Below are positions 27,487 through 36,387 of a DNA stretch of 64,000 nucleotides, one piece after another. A program made the position numbers and the translations under genes. Under the pieces are notes generated by a model that saw only the letters and a list, made by a program, of their open reading frames with translations, searched no databases and had not been told where the DNA came from. The DNA lies in contig QHSL01000070.1 of assembly GCA_003220435.1 (NCBI GenBank), positions 5,511-69,510 of the forward strand, written 5' to 3'. How positions within the stretch are numbered: position 1 is the stretch's first letter; each line of letters starts with the position of its first letter. This stretch comes from Candidatus Rokuibacteriota bacterium. GTDB lineage: Bacteria > Methylomirabilota > Methylomirabilia > Rokubacteriales > CSP1-6.

Positions 27487-28673
27487 GCCGCGTGGACCGC
27501 CTCAACCTCCACGTGTTCGTGCTGATCGACGCCTTCGGGTGGGAGATCGCGCAGCGGCTCGGCTTCCTCTCCGACGCGCTGCCGCACCGGGCACCGCTCA
27601 GGACCGTCCTCGGCTACAGCTCGGGCGCGATCCCCACCATGCTCACCGGCAAGTCGCCGGCCCAGCACGGACACTGGAATCTCTTCTACTACGATCCGGA
27701 GGGCTCGCCCTTCCGCTGGCTCCGGCGGTTGCATTTCCTGGGGGACAAGGTCCTCGGCCATCGAGTCGCGCGCAAGGTGGTCAAGGAGGTGGGCCGGCGG
27801 GCGCTCGGGCTCGGGCCGCTGTTCGAATGCGCGGTGAGCCCGCGGCTGCTCCCGTGGTTCAACTGGGTCGAGACGCGCAACATCTATCGGCCGCACGGCA
27901 TCCGCGGCGCCGCCTCGATCTTCGACCGGCTTGCGGTGGCCGGGGTGCCGCACCGGGTGTACACGTACCACGACGGGAGCGACGCGGAGATCCTGAGCCA
28001 CGCCCGTCACGACATCGAGTCCGGGCGAGCGACGCTGTTCTTCGTCTATCTCAGCGAGATCGACGCGTTTCTCCACCGCCACGTCGAGGACGACGCTCCG
28101 CTGAAGGACAAGTTCGCCACCTACGAGACCGAGCTTCGCGAGCTGCTCGCGACGGCGCGCCGGCGCGATCCTCAGGCCGGCCTCACGCTCTTCTCCGACC
28201 ACGGGATGACCCCGGTGCGCAGCCATTACGACCTCGCGCGCGACGTCGAAGCGCTCGGGCTCCGGATGCCCGACGACTACCTGGCCGTCTACGACTCCAC
28301 GATGGCGCGCTTCTGGTTCTTCTCCGAGCGCGCCCGCGCGCTGGTCGTCGAGCGGCTCGCGTCGGTCACCTGTGGTCGCGTCCTCAGCGACGAGGAGCAG
28401 ACGGAGCTCGGCATCGGCTTCGGCGACCGACGCTACGGCGATCTGGTGTTCCTGCTCGAGCCCGGCTGGCTCGTGTCGAGCAGCGACTTCAACGCCCCGG
28501 GGTGGCTGCCGGCCGGGATGCACGGCTACCATCCGGACGACCCGTCGTCCGACGCGATCTTCCTCAGCAACCAGGCGCCGCCGCGGGCGATGCGAACGAT
28601 CGCCGACGCGTACGCGTGCATGGCGCGCGCCGCCGGCCTCCTGCCCGAGCCCGCCGAGGCGCCCCGCCGGTGA
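27483..28673 (+). CDS. Alkaline-phosphatase-superfamily enzyme (type I phosphodiesterase / nucleotide pyrophosphatase-like), soluble.
   Basis: Metal-ligand-like motifs: HVFVLIDAFGWE (Asp), YSSGAIPTMLTGKSPAQHG (Thr nucleophile context), FSDHGM, and YHPDD...H near the C-terminus. GTG 27483 overlaps the upstream stop. Confidence 0.7.
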   Translation: MSRVDRLNLHVFVLIDAFGWEIAQRLGFLSDALPHRAPLRTVLGYSSGAIPTMLTGKSPAQHGHWNLFYYDPEGSPFRWLRRLHFLGDKVLGHRVARKVVKEVGRRALGLGPLFECAVSPRLLPWFNWVETRNIYRPHGIRGAASIFDRLAVAGVPHRVYTYHDGSDAEILSHARHDIESGRATLFFVYLSEIDAFLHRHVEDDAPLKDKFATYETELRELLATARRRDPQAGLTLFSDHGMTPVRSHYDLARDVEALGLRMPDDYLAVYDSTMARFWFFSERARALVVERLASVTCGRVLSDEEQTELGIGFGDRRYGDLVFLLEPGWLVSSSDFNAPGWLPAGMHGYHPDDPSSDAIFLSNQAPPRAMRTIADAYACMARAAGLLPEPAEAPRR

Positions 28674-29839
28674 TCTCGGTCCTTTACTTCTCGAACACGC
28701 TCGTCCGCGGCGGGGCGGAGGAGCACATCCTCACGCTGCTCCGAGGGCTCGACCGGCTGCGGTTCCGGCCCTCGCTGGTCTGCACGCCCGAGGTGGCCGA
28801 GAAGATCCGGGGCGACGTGCCGCACGACGTGGAGCTGATCGGCCTCCGCCTGCGCAAGCCGTACGAGGCCGGGGCGGTCCGCGCGCTTTTCTCGATCATG
28901 CACGAGCGGCGCCCGGACATCGTGCACTCGCACCTCTTCTATTCGAGCCTCTTCGCGTCGCCGATCGCCACGTTGGCCCGGGTCCCGCTGGTCGTCGAGA
29001 CGCCGCACCTGCGCGAGTCCTGGCGCCGAGGCCTCAAGGCCCGCTTCGTCGTCGATCGGATCGCCGGACGCTTCGTGGACCAGTACATCGCGGTGTCCGA
29101 GGCCAATCGCCGGTACCTCGTCGAGGAGAAGGGGTTGCCGCGGCACAAGGTCGTCGTGATCCACAACGGCAGCGACCTCCGGCGCTTCAACCCCCACCAT
29201 CGCGCCCCTGCCGGCATGCGGGAGACCCTCGGCTTCGGCGCGAGCGACCCGGTCCTCCTGGTCGTCGGACGGCTCGAGCCCCAGAAGGGCCATCGCGTGC
29301 TGTTCGACGCACTGCCCGCCGTGCGGGCCCACTTCCCGTGCGTGCGCGTGGTGTGCGTGGGCGAAGGGGCGCTGCGTGACGAGCTCGTCGGGCGCGTCGT
29401 GGCGTCCGGGCTCGGCGACGCGGTGCGGTTCGTCGGCCAGCAGGCGAACGTCGCCGATTGGCTGGCGCTCGCCGACGTGACGGTGCTTCCGTCGTTCTTC
29501 GAGGGGTTGCCGCTCGCGGCGATCGAGTCGCTCGCGGCCGGGCGTCCCATGGTGGCGACCGCGGTGGACGGCACGCCGGAGGTCGTGGTGGACGGCGCCA
29601 CCGGTCTCACGGTGCCGCCCGGTGACGCCGCCCAGCTCGCGCGAGCACTCTGCCGGCTCCTGGGCGATGCGTGGCTGCGCGAGAAGCTGGCGCTCGCGGG
29701 GCGCGACTGGGTCCTCGAGCGATTCAACCAGGACCGCCAGATTCAGCGCACCGAAGCGCTCTACCAGCTGGCGCTGTCGCGCCTCGGCCGCTTGCCGCGA
29801 CCGGGTGGGGTGCCGGCGACCGCGTGGGGACCGCGATGA
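28670..29839 (+). CDS. GT4 (group 1) glycosyltransferase.
   Basis: GTG 28670 overlapping the upstream TGA. VSEANRRYL...VGRLEPQKG...FEGLPLAAIESLAAGRPMV is the canonical GT4 pattern. Confidence 0.8.
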   Translation: MISVLYFSNTLVRGGAEEHILTLLRGLDRLRFRPSLVCTPEVAEKIRGDVPHDVELIGLRLRKPYEAGAVRALFSIMHERRPDIVHSHLFYSSLFASPIATLARVPLVVETPHLRESWRRGLKARFVVDRIAGRFVDQYIAVSEANRRYLVEEKGLPRHKVVVIHNGSDLRRFNPHHRAPAGMRETLGFGASDPVLLVVGRLEPQKGHRVLFDALPAVRAHFPCVRVVCVGEGALRDELVGRVVASGLGDAVRFVGQQANVADWLALADVTVLPSFFEGLPLAAIESLAAGRPMVATAVDGTPEVVVDGATGLTVPPGDAAQLARALCRLLGDAWLREKLALAGRDWVLERFNQDRQIQRTEALYQLALSRLGRLPRPGGVPATAWGPR

Positions 29840-31011
29840 AGGCCGTGATCTGCGAGGAGAGCGCGCGGCTCTGCCGGCAGGTGTATCGTGAGCGCCTTCG
29901 TGCGGTCGTGCTCGCCGGCAGCCTGGCGCGGGACGAAGGGACCTTCGTGGAAACCGAGCGGGGGCGCCGGCTGCTGGGCGACGCCGAGCTCCTGCTGGTG
30001 TTCGACGATGGGATCACGCCGCCGCCCGCCGCGGATCTCGCGCTGATCCGCGATCAGATCGAGGCCCGGCTCCGCCGGCGCGGGCTCCGCGCCGAGATCG
30101 CGCTGAGCGCGGTCGGGCGCGCCTACCTGCGCCGGTTGCCGCCGAGCATCTTCGCCTACGAGCTCCGTGCGTCCGGGAAAGCCGTCGCGGGTGAGGCGTC
30201 GGTGCTCGGGCTCATCCCGAGGTTCCCGGCGGCCGACATTCCCCGTGAGGACGCCTGGCGGATGCTCGCGAACCGGCTCGTCGAGCAGCTCGCCGGCACG
30301 GACGAGCTCCTGGATGAGCGCGCCATCCTCTCGCCGGAGGCGCACTACCGGACCGTGAAGCTCTACCTGGACATGACCACTTCGCTGCTCGTCTTCGCCG
30401 GCGCCTACGCGCCGACCTACGGGGAGCGAGCCGACAACCTCGCGCGGCTGGCGAAGTGGTCGGGGACGACGACGTGGCCGTTTCCGCTCGCGCCGTTCGC
30501 CGAGCAGGTCACGGCCGTGACCTGCTGGAAGCTCTCCGGCGGCTCGCTCGTCACCGAGGCGCGACGGATGTTCTGGGAGCGGGCGATCGACTACGCGGAG
30601 GCGCTCTGGCGCTGGGAGCTCGGCCGGCTGACGGACCCGGATCGTGTCGATTCGCCGTCGGCGCTGATGTCGCTCTGGATGCGACGGCAACCGTGGAGCG
30701 GCCGCGTCCGGGGCTGGGCCCACGTGGTTCGGGCGCGCGGCTGGCATCGCAGCTGGCCGCTCTGGCCCCGCTGGCTCCGGCAGGCCTCGCACGGATCGCC
30801 GCGCCATCTGGTCTATCGGGCCGCCAGCACCCTCGTGTTCGAGCTGCGCGCCACGGCCGGCCAGCGGCGCTCCCTGTCGGACCTCCGGCGACTCGCGCGC
30901 GATTTGCCACTCGCGACGTGGCCGGGGCAGCCCGGGCGCGATTCGCTCGGCTCCCTCGCCGCCGCGATCCTCGCCAACTACCGGAGCTTCGTGATGGAGA
31001 CCCGCGCGTGA
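29836..31011 (+). CDS. Hypothetical protein (391 aa); weak nucleotidyltransferase-like N-terminal motif.
   Basis: ATG 29836 overlaps the GT4 stop (ATGA). AVVLAGSLARDEG...GDAELLLVFDD is reminiscent of a GS...DxE minimal nucleotidyltransferase signature, but the spacing is atypical. No other recognisable motifs. Confidence 0.5.
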   Translation: MKAVICEESARLCRQVYRERLRAVVLAGSLARDEGTFVETERGRRLLGDAELLLVFDDGITPPPAADLALIRDQIEARLRRRGLRAEIALSAVGRAYLRRLPPSIFAYELRASGKAVAGEASVLGLIPRFPAADIPREDAWRMLANRLVEQLAGTDELLDERAILSPEAHYRTVKLYLDMTTSLLVFAGAYAPTYGERADNLARLAKWSGTTTWPFPLAPFAEQVTAVTCWKLSGGSLVTEARRMFWERAIDYAEALWRWELGRLTDPDRVDSPSALMSLWMRRQPWSGRVRGWAHVVRARGWHRSWPLWPRWLRQASHGSPRHLVYRAASTLVFELRATAGQRRSLSDLRRLARDLPLATWPGQPGRDSLGSLAAAILANYRSFVMETRA

Positions 31012-32957
31012 GCGTCGTGACCGCGCCGACACTCGACGCGCCGCCGGCGGAGTCTTATCGGTTCGACCCGCTCACGAGCGTCGAGGCCGCACGCTGGGAT
31101 CAGCTGATCACGCCGTACGACGGGCGCACGCTCTTCCATCAGAGCATGTGGCTCGACTACCTGGCGGCCAGTCGCCGCGTCGAGACCGCGCGGTGGGCGA
31201 TCCGCACCGAGGATCGGACCGTCGGCTACCTCTGCGGCGGCTTCTTGCAGATGGGCCCCTATCGGATCCTCGGCACGCCGCTGCGGAGCTGGGGCACGAA
31301 CGTCATGGGCCCCCTGCTCGATCACGACGCCGACCAGACCGCGCTCTTCCGCGCGCTCGATCGCCTGGCGGCCGCCGACCGGCTCGCGATGATCGAGCTC
31401 GAGCACCCCAGCCTGTCGCCCCGCCTGCTCCAGTCCTTCGGCTTCGCGCCGGTGGAGGACTGGACATATCGGGTGACGCTCGACGAGCCGAACGCGATGT
31501 GGCGCCGGCTCGAGTCCACCTGCCGCAATCGCATTCGCAAGGCGCAGACGGCCGGCCTCGTGGTCGAGGACACCGACGATCCGGCGGTCGCCGACGAATA
31601 CTACGATTTCTACCTGGACCTGATGCGCCGGAAGGGCCGCCGGCCGCCCTTCTCGCGCGAGACGCCGCGGCTGCTCTTCTCGCATCTGAAGAAAGCGGAC
31701 TGCCTGTTCGCGCTGCGCGTGCGGGACGCGGCGGGCCGCCTCCTCGCCGTCGGCCTGTTCCCGCACGACGAGCACGCCATGTACTTCTGGAGCGGCGCCA
31801 GCCGGGAAGAGAGTCATCCGCTGTGCCCCAACGACCACATGCAGTGGGTCGCCATGGGGCTGGGCGCCGGCCACGGGCTTCGGCTCTACAACATGTCCGG
31901 TCACGGACGGTTCAAGCGGAAGTTCGGCGGCACCCTGACCGCGGTCGCCCGCTGGCACAAGTGCTACTGGCGGACGGCGAAGTGGGCGCGCAAGGGCTAC
32001 CAGCTCTGGGCCGAAACGTCGGCGGCGCGCATGCCCTGGCGCCCGACCACCCCGCGATCGAGCGAGCCGAAGCGGGCCGCGCCCGCGCGGCGGAGCGTCG
32101 AGATCGTCACGACGTCGCAGCGGCCGTCGTTCCGGCCCTCGGACATTTTCAAGGCGCCGCTCCACGACTTCCCGATCCGGGACGAGATCCTCTATCAGTA
32201 CCTGTCGCTCTCGCCGGACATGGACGTGCTCGAAGTCGGGCCGGGCAGCGGTGTCACCGCGTTCCGTGTCGCCCGTCGCCTCCGCTCGCTGACCCTGGTC
32301 GACATCGCCGCGGCGAACATCGCCCATCTGCGCGGCGCGCTTGGCGGCCAGCCGAACATCCGCTTCGTGCGCGCCGACGTCTGCCAGCCCGGGCTGGGAG
32401 CGCTGCTCGGACGCACCTTCGATGCCGCGTACGCGATCGAGGTGTTCGAGCTCTTGCCGGATCCTGAGCAGTGCCTGCGGAACCTCGCGGCGGTGATCCG
32501 ACCTGGCGGGCGGCTGCTGCTCCAGTTCCCCAACTATCCGCCGTCGCTTTCGCCCGGCATGACGCACTTCCGCACCAAGGCGGAGCTCGGGCGGCTCCTG
32601 CAACGCGCGGGCTTCGGGGAGTGGAGCGTGTGCTCGCTGCGGCTGCGCCGGCACGCCTGGCTCCTGTACGAGCACCTGCACGAGCGGCCGATCCGCGCCT
32701 ACCGGCGCCACCGGAGCCCCAACGGCCACGATCGCCCGCTGATCTATGACGAGTCGTGGGCGTTCCAGCACGGCCGGCGGCTGGAGCCGTTCAAGTACGC
32801 GCTGCACGCCGCGTGGGCGGCCCTGTCGGCGGCGATGCGCGCCGGCGGCCCGGCCTTCGACCACGCCGCGGTCGGCGACGACATACTCAACCGCAACCTG
32901 ATCGTGCTCGCGCGCCGCTCGCGAGGCAGAGCCAGGCCCCTTGACCGAGACGCCTAA
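31008..32957 (+). CDS. FemAB-like (GNAT-fold, PEP-CTERM-associated type) domain fused to a C-terminal class I SAM-dependent methyltransferase domain.
   Basis: GTG 31008 overlaps the upstream TGA. The N-terminal ~350 aa resemble FemAB-family proteins associated with exosortase loci. The C-terminal ~250 aa carry MTase motif I (VLEVGPGSGVTAFRVA) and a post-I acidic residue (LVDIA). Confidence 0.72.
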   Translation: MSVVTAPTLDAPPAESYRFDPLTSVEAARWDQLITPYDGRTLFHQSMWLDYLAASRRVETARWAIRTEDRTVGYLCGGFLQMGPYRILGTPLRSWGTNVMGPLLDHDADQTALFRALDRLAAADRLAMIELEHPSLSPRLLQSFGFAPVEDWTYRVTLDEPNAMWRRLESTCRNRIRKAQTAGLVVEDTDDPAVADEYYDFYLDLMRRKGRRPPFSRETPRLLFSHLKKADCLFALRVRDAAGRLLAVGLFPHDEHAMYFWSGASREESHPLCPNDHMQWVAMGLGAGHGLRLYNMSGHGRFKRKFGGTLTAVARWHKCYWRTAKWARKGYQLWAETSAARMPWRPTTPRSSEPKRAAPARRSVEIVTTSQRPSFRPSDIFKAPLHDFPIRDEILYQYLSLSPDMDVLEVGPGSGVTAFRVARRLRSLTLVDIAAANIAHLRGALGGQPNIRFVRADVCQPGLGALLGRTFDAAYAIEVFELLPDPEQCLRNLAAVIRPGGRLLLQFPNYPPSLSPGMTHFRTKAELGRLLQRAGFGEWSVCSLRLRRHAWLLYEHLHERPIRAYRRHRSPNGHDRPLIYDESWAFQHGRRLEPFKYALHAAWAALSAAMRAGGPAFDHAAVGDDILNRNLIVLARRSRGRARPLDRDA

Positions 32958-33924
32958 GTCGAGAGTCGTACTGCGGAGCGTCCGCCGGCGCAGCCTCCTG
33001 CACGCGGTCGCCGAGTGCATGGAGCGCTGCGGCTGGGAGCAGATCGTGCCCCGCGACGCCTCGGTGGTCGTCAAGCCGAACCTGTGCACCGCCGTCGCCG
33101 ACAAGGCAGCCTCGTCCAACACCGACCCGCTGCTGGCGGAGGCGGTGTGCGAGGTGCTGCGGAGCCGTACGCGGCGCATCGTGCTCGCCGAGTCGGACGG
33201 TCTCCGCCAGAAGGCGCAGGAGGCGTTCTCCGCCTCCGGCTACGTCGACCTGGCGCACCGGCTCGACGTGCCGCTCGTGAACCTGAGCGAGACCCCGTGG
33301 GTGCCGGTGTCGTGCGAGCCGGCGGGCAACGTCGAGCTGCCGCGGCTCCTGCTCGAGGCCGACGCGCTGATCACGCTCCCGGTGCTCAAGACCCACGCGC
33401 TCACGTATTTCACCGGCGCGATCAAGAACCAGTGGGGCTGCCTGCCCCAGCACAACCGAATCTTGTTACACAAGCACCTCGATCCGCTCCTGGCCACGCT
33501 GCACCGGGTGCTCCGCCCGAAGCTGGCGATCATGGACGGCATCATCGGCATGGAAGGCCGCGGGCCCGCCAACGGCAAGCCCCGGCGGATGGACGTCGTC
33601 CTGGCGAGCCGCGACGGGGTCGCGCTCGACGCCACCGCGATGCGGCTGATCGGGCTCGAGCCGGCGCGCGCGCAGCACCTCGTGCTGACTGCCCGGCAGG
33701 GTCTGGGCCGGATCGACGCGGACTCCATCGAGGTCGACGGCGACTTCGAGGGGCTCAAGACCACCTTCGAGCCGGCGATCCTCGACCGGGCGGTCGCGGC
33801 GATGAACTACCTGAGCCGCTACCGCTGGTTCGTGAAGCACATGCTCGAGCGCGACAGCGTCTTCTACCCGATTCGCACCGTCGTCCAGGCGCTCCGGCGC
33901 GTGGGGGTAGTCGAGGGTGGCTAG
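32941..33924 (+). CDS. DUF362-family protein.
   Basis: VVKPNLCTA...LITLPVLKTHALTYFTGAIKNQWGCLP...MDGIIGMEGRGP matches the DUF362 pattern as I recall it. Start codon uncertain (TTG 32941 in the ORF track). Confidence 0.65.
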   Translation: MTETPKSRVVLRSVRRRSLLHAVAECMERCGWEQIVPRDASVVVKPNLCTAVADKAASSNTDPLLAEAVCEVLRSRTRRIVLAESDGLRQKAQEAFSASGYVDLAHRLDVPLVNLSETPWVPVSCEPAGNVELPRLLLEADALITLPVLKTHALTYFTGAIKNQWGCLPQHNRILLHKHLDPLLATLHRVLRPKLAIMDGIIGMEGRGPANGKPRRMDVVLASRDGVALDATAMRLIGLEPARAQHLVLTARQGLGRIDADSIEVDGDFEGLKTTFEPAILDRAVAAMNYLSRYRWFVKHMLERDSVFYPIRTVVQALRRVGVVEGG

Positions 33925-35131
33925 ACCGCTGCGCGTCCTCTTCGCCGGGTTGACGCTGCCGTATCCGCCGACCAACGGCCATCGCCTGCGGACGTGGGCG
34001 ATGGTGCAGGCGCTCGCCGACGACGGCCACCGCGTCACGCTCGTCGCCTTCGCCGAGCGCGCCGAGCTGCTCGGAGACCTCGAGCCCCTCCGCACCGCGT
34101 GCGCCGAGATCGATCTGGTCCCCACGCCGCTGGGCCCGCGTGGACGCGGTCGCGATGCGCTGAAGCGCCTCCGGGCGCTCGCCTCGCCGTTGCCGTTCGG
34201 GGCGTGGAAGTTCCGGTCGCCCGAGCTCAGGGAAGCGCTGGAGCGGCAGCTCGCGCGGCAGGACTTCGACGTGCTGATCTGCGACGGCGTCTACAACATG
34301 CAGAACCTGCCGGCCCATCTGGCGATCCCTGTCCTGCTCAACAAGGACGACGTCGCCCACGTTCTGATTCGGCGCTACCTCGCCCTGGAGCCGAGCACCG
34401 TCCGCCGCCTCTACGGCGCGCTCGAGGCCCGCAAAGTGGAGCGCTGGGAACGCGCGGCGCTCCGGAGGGCCGCCGCGGTTCTCGCGTGCTCCGAGCTCGA
34501 CCGGTCGCTCCTGCGCGAGCTGTGCCCGGCGGCCTCGGTGGTGGTCGTCCCCAACGTGGTGGACACCGATCACTACGCTCCCCGCGACGGCGCGGAGCCC
34601 GCCACGGTGCTCTTTCAGGGGGGGATGGACTGGCAGCCGAACCGGGACGCGGTCGAGTTCTTCGTCGCCGAGATCCTTCCGGCGCTGCGGCGCCGGGCGC
34701 CGTCCGCCCGCTTCCGGGTGGCGGGACGCAGCCCGACCGAACCGTTCCGGCGCCGGTTCGCCGAGGTCCCCGGCTTCGAGTTCTCGGGCACGGTGGCGGA
34801 CATGCGCGACGAGATCGCGAAGGCGACGGTCTGCGTGGTGCCGTTGCGGATCGGCAGCGGGACCCGGCTGAAGATCCTCGAAGCCGGCGCAATGGCCAAG
34901 CCCATCCTGTCCACCGCGCTGGGCGCCGAGGGGCTGGAGCTGGTGGACGGGGAGGAGATCGTGCTCGCGGACGAGCCGCGGGCGTTCGCCGACGGCGTGG
35001 CGAAGCTCCTCCACGATGCGGCCCGCCGCCGGGAGCTCGGTCGGGCCGCCCGGCTGCGGGTCGAGAAGCAGTACGGCCTGGCGGTCTTCAAGACGTCGCT
35101 CCGCCAGGCGGTCTCGGGCAGCCTCCGATGA
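33917..35131 (+). CDS. GT4 (group 1) glycosyltransferase.
   Basis: GTG 33917. Rossmann halves with the C-terminal EX7E-like region (GSGTRLKILEAGAMAKPILST). Confidence 0.8.
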   Translation: MARPLRVLFAGLTLPYPPTNGHRLRTWAMVQALADDGHRVTLVAFAERAELLGDLEPLRTACAEIDLVPTPLGPRGRGRDALKRLRALASPLPFGAWKFRSPELREALERQLARQDFDVLICDGVYNMQNLPAHLAIPVLLNKDDVAHVLIRRYLALEPSTVRRLYGALEARKVERWERAALRRAAAVLACSELDRSLLRELCPAASVVVVPNVVDTDHYAPRDGAEPATVLFQGGMDWQPNRDAVEFFVAEILPALRRRAPSARFRVAGRSPTEPFRRRFAEVPGFEFSGTVADMRDEIAKATVCVVPLRIGSGTRLKILEAGAMAKPILSTALGAEGLELVDGEEIVLADEPRAFADGVAKLLHDAARRRELGRAARLRVEKQYGLAVFKTSLRQAVSGSLR

Positions 35132-36387
35132 TCCTCTTCTACCTGCTCGTCACCGTGATGCCGATGATCCGCCATCCGCTGTGGTCGCAATTCGTCGGCG
35201 ACCTGACGGTCATCAAGTATCTCGGCATCGCGTGCCTGATCTACGCGGTCCTCTATCTGCCGGCGCGCGCGACGTCCCTCCGGTTCTTCGCGACGTGGCA
35301 GATACGCTTCTTCGTCGCCTTCGCCGTCCTCGTCATGATCCTGTTCGTCCGGTATGGCGACACGCTGCTGCCGCTCGAAGTGAGCCCGCTCATGAGCTTC
35401 GCGTCGTTCCTCGCCTTTCTCTTCGTCACGCTGACGGTCGTGGACTCGCTCCAGCGCCTGCGCTGGGTCCTGCTGATGGCGATCGGCTCGGTAGGCTACG
35501 CGTCGCTCCACCTGATCCGCGAGTGGCAAAAGTACGGCGGCATGGCGGCCGGCTATCGGCCGGGCTGGGTGGTCGGCGACCCGAACTACTACAGCGTCTC
35601 CGCTCTGCTCTGCATCCCGATGGCGATCTACCTCCTGCGAACGAAGCAGCCGCGGTGGGAGCGTTACTTCTGCATCGGGTCCGTGGTCGTCACGGTGCTG
35701 GCGCTCACGCTGGCCGCCTCGCGCGGCGGGCTCGTGGGCATGGCGGTCGGCCTCCTGGTGATGGCCCTCCACACGCGCCGCAGGGTGAGGATGCTGGCGA
35801 TGGCACTCGTCGTGACGCTGCCGCTCATGGTGATGGCGCCCTCGTCGCCGCTGTCGAGGATCCTGAGCCCGGACCAGCATGACGTCTACGCCGCCCAGCA
35901 TCGCGCCGACCTGGCGATGGCCGGTCTTCGGATGTTCCGGGCCCACCTGCTCACCGGCATAGGGCCCGGGAACTTCAAGCCCCTGCTCGGACAGTTCATC
36001 GACCTCGAGGAGCACAACATCGCCCACAACACTTTCGTCGAGGTCATGGCCGAGACCGGCCTGCCCGGCATCGTGCTCTTTCTCGCCACGATCGTCGCGA
36101 CATACGCCAGCCTCGAGCGGATCCGCCGGGCGCGGGAGACGAATCACGAGCTGGTCACCCGAACCGCCGAAGCGCTGGAGGTCGGTCTCACCGCGTTCCT
36201 GGCCGCCGGGTTCTTCGTTTCCGCCGAGGCCCACCGGCTCTTCTGGCTCATCATCTTCCTGTCGGCGGCGCTGGTCCCCCTGGCGGTGACCGCGACGGAG
36301 TCTTCGTCGCTGCGCGCTCCGGCCGCCCACACGCCCGTCGCGCCTGCCCCGAGAGCGCCGCGGCCGGCGCCCGAAGCGCCGCGATGA
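35128..36387 (+). CDS. Wzy-like O-antigen polymerase/ligase-family membrane protein.
   Basis: ATG 35128 overlaps the upstream TGA. About 10 predicted TM helices with a larger loop containing RxxxxxHNxxxE-like residues (EEHNIAHNTFVEVMAETG), typical of the O-antigen ligase/Wzy family. Confidence 0.78.
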   Translation: MILFYLLVTVMPMIRHPLWSQFVGDLTVIKYLGIACLIYAVLYLPARATSLRFFATWQIRFFVAFAVLVMILFVRYGDTLLPLEVSPLMSFASFLAFLFVTLTVVDSLQRLRWVLLMAIGSVGYASLHLIREWQKYGGMAAGYRPGWVVGDPNYYSVSALLCIPMAIYLLRTKQPRWERYFCIGSVVVTVLALTLAASRGGLVGMAVGLLVMALHTRRRVRMLAMALVVTLPLMVMAPSSPLSRILSPDQHDVYAAQHRADLAMAGLRMFRAHLLTGIGPGNFKPLLGQFIDLEEHNIAHNTFVEVMAETGLPGIVLFLATIVATYASLERIRRARETNHELVTRTAEALEVGLTAFLAAGFFVSAEAHRLFWLIIFLSAALVPLAVTATESSSLRAPAAHTPVAPAPRAPRPAPEAPR

